Source: Kofleriaceae bacterium (lineage in GTDB: Bacteria; Myxococcota_A; Polyangia; Haliangiales; Haliangiaceae). Taken from it: a stretch of 64,000 bases of DNA. The stretch lies in contig JBKJLC010000301.1 of the NCBI GenBank assembly GCA_046597055.1, positions 1-64,000 on the forward strand, given 5' to 3'. Each line of letters begins with the position of its first letter. The stretch's first letter is position 1. This document shows positions 1 to 11,322 of the stretch, in pieces. The notes beneath the pieces were generated by a model that did not search any database, was not told the origin of the DNA, and worked only from the letters and a program-made list of their open reading frames with translations. Both the position numbers and the translations under genes were made by a program.

Positions 1-100
1 GGTCGCGCCACTGACCGAGCTTCCGGACGGCCTCCTCGTCACGCTCCTTGGCGCCGATGCGATCGACTGTCACGCGGTAGACGCCGTCACCTTCGGTCAT
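1..100 (-). CDS. Partial hypothetical protein (5' end only; runs off the window)
   Basis: ATG at 100 opens MTEGDGVYRVTVDRIGAKERDEEAVRKLGQWRD with no stop; TATCGT -10-like hexamer 5 nt upstream. Confidence 0.5.
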   Translation of the reverse strand, partial: MTEGDGVYRVTVDRIGAKERDEEAVRKLGQWRD

Positions 101-148
101 GGCGCACGATAACCGGCGTACCCACCGTCTGCGCCGCACGGGATTCCG

Positions 149-189
149 AAAATGAAACCGGCGCGACCGGCCCGAAGGTCGATCGCGCC
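149..189 (-). terminator. Intrinsic terminator after lon
   Basis: Minus strand GGCGCGATCGACC-TTCG-GGCCGGTCGCGCC hairpin (cUUCGg loop) followed by GGTTTCATTTTC. Confidence 0.7.
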
Positions 190-207
190 GCGTGGTGCCG
201 CGAGTGG

Positions 208-2619
<2,412 letters not shown>

Positions 2620-2787
2620 GATCGAAACCTACTCACCGTCAACCGGGGGCGTCAAGCCGACCTGCCTGCTATGACGGGTACTTGCGAAGCGACTGACCGG
2701 GCGGTCAGGAGCCGCGGCAGCCGCGGAGGCATCGCCTGCCTTCATCTGGGCGCTTCGCGCTTGCCATTTCCTACCGTACAACGTAAA

Positions 2788-2815
2788 AGTGGTCTTACCA
2801 GTTGGTAAGACCACT
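2788..2815. promoter_or_regulatory. Double FadR/GntR-type operator (13-bp perfect inverted repeat)
   Basis: AGTGGTCTTACCA-GT-TGGTAAGACCACT; each arm contains TGGT-N3-ACCA; abuts the regulator ATG. Confidence 0.8.
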
Positions 2816-3577
2816 ATGACTCTCATGACCGTGAACGCTGAATCTACCACGCCCACCGCGCCCATCCCGCACGTCACGGCGATCGAGACGGTGCTCGAGG
2901 CGCTGCTCGCCGAGATCATGCGCGGGAACTACCCGCCCGGGGCCCGGCTCCCGGCCGAGCGCGAGCTGTCGAAGACGCTCGGCGCCAGCCGGCCGACCTT
3001 GCGCGAGGCGCTGCGCCGCCTCGGCGAGTGGCAGCTGGTCGAGCCGCGCCGCGGCTCGGGCATCGTGGTGCGCGCGCTCGCCGACTGGTCGATCGAGGTG
3101 CTGCCGGCGTACCTGCGCTACGCGCGGCCAACGCCGGGCATGCCGAGCGCCGGCCGGTTGCTGCTCGACCTGCTGGCGCTGCGCCGCGTGATACTGCGCG
3201 ACGTCGTGCAGCTGGTGGCGCCCCGGATGGTGCCGGGTGGCACCGCCGCGGCGCGCACCCAGATCGTGCGGGCGTGGGCCGCGCGCGAGCACACCGCGAG
3301 CTTCGTCCGCGAGGACTTCCTGGTGATGCGGGCCGTGGTCGAGGCCACCGGGTTCCTGCCCGCGGTGTGGATGCTCAACCGGGTGGCCGGGGTCTACCTC
3401 GAGATCGCCAGCGCGGTGTCGAGCCCCAACCGCGTGCCCGACGACTACGTCGAGAGCTCGCTCGCGTACCTCGACGCGATCGATCGCAACGACGGCCAGG
3501 CCGCCGCCGAGCTGCTGAGCACGTACCTCGAGCGCCACGATGCCGCGTTCGTCCGGGCCCTGGAGATGATCGCGTGA
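2816..3577 (+). CDS. GntR/FadR-family transcriptional regulator
   Basis: wHTH PGARLPAERELSKTLGASRPTLREAL...RRGSG; start at ATG 2816 or 2825. Confidence 0.93.
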   Translation: MTLMTVNAESTTPTAPIPHVTAIETVLEALLAEIMRGNYPPGARLPAERELSKTLGASRPTLREALRRLGEWQLVEPRRGSGIVVRALADWSIEVLPAYLRYARPTPGMPSAGRLLLDLLALRRVILRDVVQLVAPRMVPGGTAAARTQIVRAWAAREHTASFVREDFLVMRAVVEATGFLPAVWMLNRVAGVYLEIASAVSSPNRVPDDYVESSLAYLDAIDRNDGQAAAELLSTYLERHDAAFVRALEMIA

Positions 3578-4083
3578 GCTACCAGCACCGTCCGCTGATC
3601 CGCCGCGTGCTCGCGAGCCTGGTCCCGGTGGTCTGCCCGCCCGACGCCCGCGAACTCGGCCTGACCGACGCCATCGTCGATCACGTCGAGCTGATGATGG
3701 GCGCCCTGCCCGGGCCGTTCCGTCACGGCCTGGTCCTCGGGATCACCACCTACGACGTGACCGCGGTCGGCTGGCTGCCCGGTCGTGGCCGCCGCGCGCA
3801 CCGGCTGTCGCCCGAGCTGGCCGAGCGCTGGTTCGCGCGCTGGGAGCATGGCGTGACGCCGATCGAGCGCGAGCTGGCCAAGGGCGTCGGCCAGCTGCTG
3901 AAGCTCGCCTGCTACGAGCAGCCCGCGATGCAGGCGCGGATCGGCTACACGCCGACCGCGTGGATCGACCAGGTGAAGCGCCGCCGCCTCGAGGTCTACG
4001 GCGACGACGTCCGCAAGGCGGAGGCCGCGGTCATCGTCCCCGATCCGCTGCGGCCCCCGATCAAGAAGCAGGAGCGCGCCTGA
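3574..4083 (+). CDS. Hypothetical protein, probable small partner subunit of the GMC oxidoreductase
   Basis: GTGA overlap with the regulator and TGATG overlap with GMC; C-terminal YEQPAMQARIGY resembles gluconate-2-DH subunit-3-like ends. Confidence 0.7.
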   Translation: MSYQHRPLIRRVLASLVPVVCPPDARELGLTDAIVDHVELMMGALPGPFRHGLVLGITTYDVTAVGWLPGRGRRAHRLSPELAERWFARWEHGVTPIERELAKGVGQLLKLACYEQPAMQARIGYTPTAWIDQVKRRRLEVYGDDVRKAEAAVIVPDPLRPPIKKQERA

Positions 4084-5642
4084 TGGTGGCGTTGCCGAAG
4101 ACCGCGGTCACTCAGGGCCGCATCCCCGATCGCGTGTCGACCCGGTCGACCCTCCACGGCGACACCGTGCTCGACGCCGACGTCGTGATCGTCGGCTCGG
4201 GCGCCGGCGGCGCGACCCTGGCCGCCGAGCTGGCCGAGTGCGGGCTCGACGTGGTGATGATCGAGGAGGGTCGCTACTACACGACCCGCGACTTCACCGC
4301 CGACGCCTCGGCCGCGGTCCGCCAGCTCTACCGGGACGGCGGCGCCAGCATGGCGATCGGCTCGCCGCCAGTGCTGTTCCAGGAGGGGCGCACGGTCGGC
4401 GGCTCGACCGTGATCAACGGCGGCATGTCGTGGCGGACGCCCGAGCGGATCCTCGAGCGCTGGCACCGCGAGGCCTCGGTCGACGCGATCGAGAGCCGCG
4501 ACATGGAGCCGTACTTCGAGCGGGTCGAGCGGCGGATCAACGTTCGCCACCAGGACCCGGAGTCGGTCGGCGTCGACAACCACCTGCTCAAGCAAGGCGC
4601 CGACGCCAAGCACTGGCGGGTGATCCCCAACCTGCGCAACCAGGTCCACTGCCCGGGCTCGAACAACTGCGCGTTCGGCTGTCCGACCGGCGCCAAGCAG
4701 TCGTCGCTGGTGACCTACGTGCCGCGCGCGCTGCACTTCGGCGCCCGCCTGCTGTCCGACGTGGCGGTCGAACGCATCCTGATGAAGGGCAAGCGGGCGA
4801 TCGGCGTGCAGGGCCACGTGGTCGGCGAGGACGGCCAGCGCGGTCACCGGGTGGTGGTGCGGGCCAAGCTGGTGGTGTCGTCGTGCGGCGCGATCCAGAC
4901 GCCGGCGCTGCTGGCGCGGTCGGGCATCGGCTCGCCGTCGGGCCGGCTGGGCAAGAACCTGTCGCTGCACCCCAACGTCAAGCTGGTCGCGATCTTCGAC
5001 CAGCCGGTGCGCGGCTGGGAGGGCGTCCACCAGGCGTTCCAGGTCCGCGAGTTCGAGGGCGAGGGCCTGCTGTTCGCGGCGGTCAACATCCCGCCCGGCA
5101 TCCTGGCGATGACCACCCACGGCCGCGGCGCCGAGCTCGGCCGCTTCATGGCTGACTACGACCGGATGGTCGTGGCGGGCATGCTGTGCGAGGACACCTC
5201 GACCGGCACCGTGCGCACGATCGGCGGCCGGCCCCAGGCCTTCTACCAGCTGGCCGACTTCGACGCCGCCAAGCTGGTGCGCGGCGTCGCGCTGCTGTCG
5301 GAGCTGCTGTTCGCCGCCGGTGCCAAGCGGATCATCACGCCGTTCGCGGGTGCGCCCGAGCTGCACGGGCCCGACGACACCCGCCGGCTGTACCAGCGGA
5401 CGATCCCCAAGGCGTCGATGGAGGTGGTCACCGTGCACATGATGGGCACCGCCGGCATGGGCGAGGACCGCAACCGCGCGGTGACCGACTCGTACGGCCT
5501 GGTCCACGACGCCGACCGCCTGATGGTATGTGATGCCAGCCTGTTCCCGACCCCGATCGGGGTCAATCCGATGGAGACGATCATGGCGCTGGCGACCCGC
5601 GCCGCCGCCCACGTGATCGACAACCTCGCGAGGTTCCGATGA
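4083..5642 (+). CDS. GMC family FAD oxidoreductase
   Basis: VVIVGSGAGG, GRTVGGSTVING, HMMGTAGMG, DASLFPT...NP motifs. Confidence 0.95.
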   Translation: MVALPKTAVTQGRIPDRVSTRSTLHGDTVLDADVVIVGSGAGGATLAAELAECGLDVVMIEEGRYYTTRDFTADASAAVRQLYRDGGASMAIGSPPVLFQEGRTVGGSTVINGGMSWRTPERILERWHREASVDAIESRDMEPYFERVERRINVRHQDPESVGVDNHLLKQGADAKHWRVIPNLRNQVHCPGSNNCAFGCPTGAKQSSLVTYVPRALHFGARLLSDVAVERILMKGKRAIGVQGHVVGEDGQRGHRVVVRAKLVVSSCGAIQTPALLARSGIGSPSGRLGKNLSLHPNVKLVAIFDQPVRGWEGVHQAFQVREFEGEGLLFAAVNIPPGILAMTTHGRGAELGRFMADYDRMVVAGMLCEDTSTGTVRTIGGRPQAFYQLADFDAAKLVRGVALLSELLFAAGAKRIITPFAGAPELHGPDDTRRLYQRTIPKASMEVVTVHMMGTAGMGEDRNRAVTDSYGLVHDADRLMVCDASLFPTPIGVNPMETIMALATRAAAHVIDNLARFR

Positions 5643-6250
5643 CCCTGCCCGAGTCCCGCACCATCTCCCCCCCGGGCCCGCTTGCGGCCGAGCCGCCCCG
5701 CCCCAGCCGCCCCAGCGAGCGGGTCCTCGCGCTCGAGCGCATGGGCAACGACGATCTCGAGCAGGTGTTCCTGCGCGGCGCCACGCCGACCGAGGGCGCG
5801 CTCGCGGGCTGGGAGTTCCGCGGGCTCAACACCCCGCCGTGGTTCCGCCTGCTCGGCATCAAGAAGTTCATCAAGGGCTTCTACAAGGAGCGCGGCGAGC
5901 TGTGGGGCTACAACTGCCCGGTCGAGCAGAACCGGCTGGTCGAGCCGTGGATCGCGCGCCCGACCGACAGCGCGCCCAGGCGGTTCGGCTTCTACCGGGT
6001 CGCGGCGGTCGACCCGACCGCGCGCGACAACCGCTACCTGCACGCGCTCCTCCTCGATTACGGGCTGGGCAAGAACCCGCGCTTCGATCCGAGCGCCGGG
6101 CTGCGCGACTACCTGGTGCAGGTCGATCGCGAGGACCCCGACGTGTTCCTCGGCAAGGCGTACTACGCGGTCGGCCCGGCGCGGCTGCCGACGTTCAGCT
6201 ACTTCATCCTCGAGCGACATCGGCGCGGCCCGGCCGCGTTCGCCCGCTAG
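5639..6250 (+). CDS. Hypothetical protein (203 aa)
   Basis: ATGA overlap with GMC; globular composition, aromatic-rich. Confidence 0.8.
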   Translation: MTLPESRTISPPGPLAAEPPRPSRPSERVLALERMGNDDLEQVFLRGATPTEGALAGWEFRGLNTPPWFRLLGIKKFIKGFYKERGELWGYNCPVEQNRLVEPWIARPTDSAPRRFGFYRVAAVDPTARDNRYLHALLLDYGLGKNPRFDPSAGLRDYLVQVDREDPDVFLGKAYYAVGPARLPTFSYFILERHRRGPAAFAR

Positions 6251-6302
6251 AAGCGTCGGCCCGGGCGTTGACCCGGATCTCGGCGCCGTCCACCATGCCG
6301 GC

Positions 6303-8036
6303 GTGTCGACCTCGCAGGCAGCGCTCGTGCTGTGGCTCGAGGCGTCGGCGACCGCGGTCGCGTACGCGTCGCTCGGGGTCGGCGCGAGCCGCCGGGGTCG
6401 GCGTGGCCTGGCCGTGCTGGCCGCGGTGCTGGTGAGTCACGCCGTGCTCGCCGCGATCGCGTGGCGGCTGGCCGGCGGCCCCGGCGACGGCCCCGGGCTG
6501 CTGATCGCGCGCGCGCTGGTCGGCGCCGAGGCGGTGGCCGGGTGGGGCCTGGCCGCGCTGCTCGGACGCGCGCGCGTCGACCGCGGCGTCGCGGCGTCGC
6601 TCGCCGCGCTCGCCGTCATCGTGCTCGTGTCGGCGCCGGCCACCGGCGAGCCACTCGCCAGGGCCTCGGCCGCACCGGCGCGGGTGCGATCCGTGGCGCA
6701 CGCCGCCAGTCCTCCGTTCGCAGCGTCGGTGGCGCTCGGCCTCGACGTCCGTCACGATCCCGTCCTCTACGGGATCCTTCCCGCAGCCGTCATGGAGATG
6801 CACATGATTCCCTGGATCTGGACCGCCAGCGCGTTCTTCGCCGCCGGCACGCTGTTCTCGTTCGCCGCCCTGGTGCGGCCCTCTCGCCGCGGCGCGCTCG
6901 CGACGGTCGTCGTCTTCGCGCTCGTGGTCGGCGGTGCCGGCTGCAAGAAGAAGAGCGAGCCGGCCGCGACCAAAGATCCGATCGTGGCCACCGGCACGGG
7001 CACGGCGGCCGCGGCGATCGACGCGGCGGCGGCGCCGGTCGCGCCCCCGATCGACGTCGCCGGCGTCGACGCGGCGATCGGCAAGGGCGTCGACTTCCTG
7101 GCGTCGGCGCGGGGTCCGGGTGATCTGATCGGCGGTCACCCGGGCACGACCGCGCTGGCGGCGCTCGCGATGGTCACCTCGGGCATGAGCAAGGACGACC
7201 CGCGGGTCGCGCCCAGCCTGGCCGCGCTCGCCAAGCTGGCGAAGCCGGACGGCGCGATCTTCGACAAGGACTACCCGGTCTACGTCACCGCGATCGCGAC
7301 GTTGGCGTTCCAGCAGGCGGGCGCTCACCCGGAGCTGGTCGCCAAGGCGCAGCGCTGGCTCGCCGACAAGCAGTTCGGGGAGAAGCACGAGGTCGATGGC
7401 AAGAACCCCAACTACGGCGGTGTCGGCTATGGCGTCGACGAGAAGCACCCCGACGCCGACCTGTCGAACCTGCACTTCGCGCTCGACGCGATCAAGGACG
7501 CGCCGCTCACCGACCGCGCCGAGGTCCTGGCGCGCGCCCAGAAGTTCCTCGAGCGCTGCCAGAACCGCACCGAGTCCAACGACCAGAAGTGGGCGGCCAA
7601 CGATGGCGGCTTCGTCTACAAGCCGGGCGCGTCGAAGGCGGGCGCGACGGCCTCGTCGGGCAGCATGACCTACGCGGGCATCGCCGGCTTCCTGTACACG
7701 CAGGCCGACGCCAAGGACCCGCGAGTCGCCGCCGCACTCGACTACATCCGCGCCAACTACTCGGTCGACGAGAACCCCGGGATGGGCCTGAAGGGGCTCT
7801 ACTACCACCATCACATGATGGCGCGCGCGCTCGGGCTGGTCGGTCAACGCACGCTGGTCGATGGCGACGGCCAGTCGCACGACTGGCCGGTCGAGCTGGT
7901 CGGCAAGCTGGTGTCGATGCAGAAGCCGGACGGCTCGTGGGCGAACACCGACGAGACGTTCTGGGAGAACAACCCGGCGATCGCGTCGTCGCGCGCGGTG
8001 CTCGCGCTCGGGCATGCGCGAGCCGCGATGAAGTAG
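6303..8036 (+). CDS. Membrane/lipoprotein-anchored prenyltransferase/squalene-cyclase-repeat (alpha/alpha toroid) protein
   Basis: N-terminal TM helices, internal lipobox GGAG-CKKK, QW-like repeats (CQNR...DGGFVY, MQKPDGSW), GSMTYAG; start uncertain (6303 or 6873). Confidence 0.8.
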   Translation: MSTSQAALVLWLEASATAVAYASLGVGASRRGRRGLAVLAAVLVSHAVLAAIAWRLAGGPGDGPGLLIARALVGAEAVAGWGLAALLGRARVDRGVAASLAALAVIVLVSAPATGEPLARASAAPARVRSVAHAASPPFAASVALGLDVRHDPVLYGILPAAVMEMHMIPWIWTASAFFAAGTLFSFAALVRPSRRGALATVVVFALVVGGAGCKKKSEPAATKDPIVATGTGTAAAAIDAAAAPVAPPIDVAGVDAAIGKGVDFLASARGPGDLIGGHPGTTALAALAMVTSGMSKDDPRVAPSLAALAKLAKPDGAIFDKDYPVYVTAIATLAFQQAGAHPELVAKAQRWLADKQFGEKHEVDGKNPNYGGVGYGVDEKHPDADLSNLHFALDAIKDAPLTDRAEVLARAQKFLERCQNRTESNDQKWAANDGGFVYKPGASKAGATASSGSMTYAGIAGFLYTQADAKDPRVAAALDYIRANYSVDENPGMGLKGLYYHHHMMARALGLVGQRTLVDGDGQSHDWPVELVGKLVSMQKPDGSWANTDETFWENNPAIASSRAVLALGHARAAMK

Positions 8037-9245
8037 ATGCGGGCACCGGCCGCCGGCGAGACGATCGCGGCGGCGCTGGCGCTCGCGGTCGGGCTGGCGC
8101 TCACGGCGCCGGTCGCACACGCACGGCCGCTGGTCGAGGTGCGGGTGACCCGCGGCGTGGGCGGGGTGGTGGCGGCGGGTGGCATCGACGTGGTCGAGCT
8201 CGAGGTCCGCAGCGGCGCCGACGCGGCGGTGCGGATGGCGCTGGTGGTCGAGGGTCGGCCGCGCACGGTCGACCTGGCGGCGCGCGGCACGGCGACCTTG
8301 ACGCTGGCGCGGCGGCTGGCTCCAGGCGCGAGCGGGCTGCCGGCGGTCGCGGTGCGCACCGACGACGGCGCGGTGGTCGCGACCATCCCGGCCGCGCGGG
8401 TGACCGCCCGGCCGGTGATCGTGGTGACCGATGATGCCGCCACGATGCTGCCGCGCGTGGACGGCTGGCGGCAGCGCGAGGGGCTCGGGGCACCGGCGGC
8501 GGTGGCGCCGGACGGCCTGCCCACGCGCTGGCAGGCGCTGGTCGGCGTGGCCGCGCTGGTGCTCGATCGGCCGACCGCCGCGCTGGCGCCGGCGGCGGCG
8601 CAGCAGGTGCGCCGGTACCTCGCGACCGGCGGCATGGTGTGCCGGTGGGCCGCGAGCGACGCCGCGCCGGTGTGCGTGCGGGCGGCGGCGATCGCGGTGC
8701 CGCGGACGCGCCAGGCCGCGACCGTCGCGGGCGCGGTGCGCAGGCTCGGGATGATCGCGCTGGGGGTAGCCGGCGCGCTGATGGTGGCCAGCGTGGCCGC
8801 GGCGCGGATCGCTCGGCGACGGCGGCAGCGCGGCGGACGCTCCCGGCGGCGAGGGCGGGCGGCGGTGGTGGGCGCGGCGCTGATCGGCGTGGCCAGCGGG
8901 ATGGTGGCGCCGTTCGTCCGGTCTCCGGACGACGGCGCGGTGATCCGCGGCGTCCGGGTGGCCGCCGGCGACGGCGAGGAATGGGTGGCGGCGGAGCTCG
9001 GCGCGAGCGATCTGGACATCGGTGACCGCGGCGCGGGCGACGTGCTCGCGGGCGACCTGTGGATCGAGCGGTCGGGACCGAGCCCGAGCGGCGCGGCGGC
9101 AGTGTTCGATGATGGCGGGCTACGCGGGCGGGTGCCGGGCGCCGGCAGCTGGCGGGTGCGTGGCTTCGTCGCGGCGACGACGGCGCGGCGGGGGTGGGCG
9201 GCGCGGCTGGCGGCGGTGGCGCGGCCGAGCGTGGAGGCGCCGTGA
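8037..9245 (+). CDS. Ala-rich secreted/membrane hypothetical protein
   Basis: Signal-like N-terminus (AHA-RP), two TM segments, abuts the upstream stop, GTGA overlap downstream. Confidence 0.6.
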   Translation: MRAPAAGETIAAALALAVGLALTAPVAHARPLVEVRVTRGVGGVVAAGGIDVVELEVRSGADAAVRMALVVEGRPRTVDLAARGTATLTLARRLAPGASGLPAVAVRTDDGAVVATIPAARVTARPVIVVTDDAATMLPRVDGWRQREGLGAPAAVAPDGLPTRWQALVGVAALVLDRPTAALAPAAAQQVRRYLATGGMVCRWAASDAAPVCVRAAAIAVPRTRQAATVAGAVRRLGMIALGVAGALMVASVAAARIARRRRQRGGRSRRRGRAAVVGAALIGVASGMVAPFVRSPDDGAVIRGVRVAAGDGEEWVAAELGASDLDIGDRGAGDVLAGDLWIERSGPSPSGAAAVFDDGGLRGRVPGAGSWRVRGFVAATTARRGWAARLAAVARPSVEAP

Positions 9246-10387
9246 TCGAGCTGCGCGGGGTGGTGGCAGTGGCGGGGATGCGGCCGGTCAGCGCGGTCGT
9301 GCGCGCCGGCGAGGTCGTGCGGATCGAGGGGCCCGCGGCGGCGGTGTCGGCGTTGATGGAGGTCATGGCCGGGCGGCGGACGGCATGCGCCGGGGAGATC
9401 GTGCGGCGGCGCGAAGGCGGCGGCGGCGCGCCGGCGGTGCTGGTGCGGCGGGGCGAGCGGATGGTCGGTGGGGTCGAGCCGGAGGCGGCGCTCGCGTTGT
9501 GGGCGGCGCTGGCCGGGGGGCAGTGGGTCGAGGATGGCGGGGAGCGGGAGAGCGTCACGGCGAGCGGGACGGCCGAGGAGAAGGAGAAGGAGAAGGAGCG
9601 GTCCGCGGGGAGCGGGGTGGGCGGGGTCTGGGCGGCGCGGCGCGGACGGGCGCTGCGGGTGCCGTTGTGGCTGGTAGATGGCGGGCTCGAGCCCGCGGTG
9701 GAGGCGGCGATCGAGCGGGCGGCGGAGGACGTGCGCGCGGGCGCGGGCGTGATGATGTGGACGGCGGGGGCCGGCCGTGAGCGGGTGGATCGGGTGATCG
9801 TGGTCGAGGTCGGCGCGGGGCGCGCGATGGCGCGGGCGGCGGGTCCGGCGCGGACGCGGTCGGCGGTGCCGTGGCGCGCGATCGGTCGGTTCGCGGCGGC
9901 GGCCGTGATCTCGCCCGGGGCGACCGCGATCGGGGCGATCGCGGCGGCGTGGCTCGCGCTGGCGGCCGCGACGGTCGCGGCTCATGAAGGTTTCTGGTTT
10001 GCGGAGGGCGGGTCGGCGGCGCTCGAGCGGGTGGCGACGATCGGTGCGGTCGGGGCGTCGGTCGCGGCCGCGGTCGCAGCGGCTGCGCGCGCCGCTGCTG
10101 CGCCGGGCTGGCCAGCGATGCTGCGCGAGACCGAGGCGAGCGCGGCCGCGCGAACGCTGGCGTTGATCGCGGGCGATGTCGGCGGTGCGGTGCTGACCAG
10201 CGCGGTCGCGGCGATGCCCGCCGTGTGGGCGATGCGCGGGCCCGGGACGTTCACGGAGGTGATCGCGGCCCTCGGAGCAACGCTGATGGCAGCCGGCGTC
10301 GCGGGCGCGGTCACCCGACTCGCGCGCGGGGTCGCGATGGTCGGAGCGCTCGTGGGTGCGGGCGGCGCCTCCCTGCTCCTGTGGTAA
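9242..10387 (+). CDS. Degenerate ABC ATPase-like domain fused to permease-like TM domain
   Basis: VIELRGV...VRAGEVVRIEGPAAAVSALMEVMAG...AGEI and LWLVDGGLEP echo an ABC NBD lacking the Walker A Lys; hydrophobic C-half. Confidence 0.55.
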   Translation: MIELRGVVAVAGMRPVSAVVRAGEVVRIEGPAAAVSALMEVMAGRRTACAGEIVRRREGGGGAPAVLVRRGERMVGGVEPEAALALWAALAGGQWVEDGGERESVTASGTAEEKEKEKERSAGSGVGGVWAARRGRALRVPLWLVDGGLEPAVEAAIERAAEDVRAGAGVMMWTAGAGRERVDRVIVVEVGAGRAMARAAGPARTRSAVPWRAIGRFAAAAVISPGATAIGAIAAAWLALAAATVAAHEGFWFAEGGSAALERVATIGAVGASVAAAVAAAARAAAAPGWPAMLRETEASAAARTLALIAGDVGGAVLTSAVAAMPAVWAMRGPGTFTEVIAALGATLMAAGVAGAVTRLARGVAMVGALVGAGGASLLLW

Positions 10388-10395
10388 CGTGCGGC

Positions 10396-11322
10396 GTGGT
10401 TTTTCCGGGGGAAGACGCCACGGTGCTGGCCGCCGCGGTCGCGTCGGTCGAGCGCCGTCTCGCCGTGCGCCACGCCGCGATCGCTGCATCGATCGGCGCG
10501 GCACTGACCGTCCCGGCCGTGATGCTGCTGTCCAGCGCGGGTGCCACCGGCACGATCGCGGTGAGCGCCAGCGCCGCGGTCGGCGCCTGGCTCGCGAGCC
10601 GGTCGCGCCGCACGCACGCCGTGTCCTGGCTCGATCGACGAATCGGCCGTGACGACCTGATCGCCAGCGCCGCTGCCGTCGTCGCGGGCCGGGCCCGTGC
10701 CACCGAGCTCGCACCGGCCGTGCTCGCGGGCGCGGCGACGCGGAGCGCACGCCTGCGGCCCTCGCTCGTGCCGACCTTCGCCGCCGTGAGCGCGGTCATG
10801 CTGATGGTGGCCGTGGTGAGCACCCGCGATCGAACCGCCACGTCTGCCGCGGATTCCTCGCGCCTCGCGGCCCGCACCGATGCCACGGCCACCGGAACCA
10901 CCGATGCTGTTGCCGCTGCCGATGCCGCTGCCGCTGCCGCTGCCGCTGCCGCTGCCGCTGCCGCTGCTGTTGCCGATGCCGCTGCCGCTGCCGCTGCCGA
11001 TGCCGATGCTGTTGCCGCTGCCGCTGCCGCTGCGAATACCGCTGCGGTTGCCACCACCGACGACGACGACGACGACGACGACGACGCTGCCGCCGCCCAC
11101 GTCCGCGCTGCCGCCACCACCCGCACTGCCGGCACCGGCAGCGCCGAGGGCGCCGTCCCGCGCGCACCCGCCGTCGCCGCCGCGCTGCCTCCCGCCCCGA
11201 CCGCGATGGCCCCCCACGGCACCCTCGACACCCTGGCCCCCCGCGCCGGCGCCGACCCCGCTGCCCTCGCCGTCCCGGCGCGCTACCGCGCGCTGGTCGC
11301 CGCCTACCTGGAGACCCGGTGA
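10396..11322 (+). CDS. Membrane protein with poly-Ala/poly-Asp linker (MoxR-cluster accessory)
   Basis: TM segments, WLDRR motif, C-terminal VPARYRALVAAYL; GTGA overlap with moxR; start uncertain. Confidence 0.6.
   Translation: MVFPGEDATVLAAAVASVERRLAVRHAAIAASIGAALTVPAVMLLSSAGATGTIAVSASAAVGAWLASRSRRTHAVSWLDRRIGRDDLIASAAAVVAGRARATELAPAVLAGAATRSARLRPSLVPTFAAVSAVMLMVAVVSTRDRTATSAADSSRLAARTDATATGTTDAVAAADAAAAAAAAAAAAAAAVADAAAAAAADADAVAAAAAAANTAAVATTDDDDDDDDDAAAAHVRAAATTRTAGTGSAEGAVPRAPAVAAALPPAPTAMAPHGTLDTLAPRAGADPAALAVPARYRALVAAYLETR
10903..11085. repeat. Microsatellite: (GCTGCC/GATGCC)n tract followed by (GAC)9
   Basis: Directly visible at ~10903-11034 and 11059-11085. Confidence 0.95.

Noticed and set aside
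6873..8036. True squalene-hopene cyclase
   Set aside because: Too short, apparently exported, and no DXDD motif; only the repeat fold is supported
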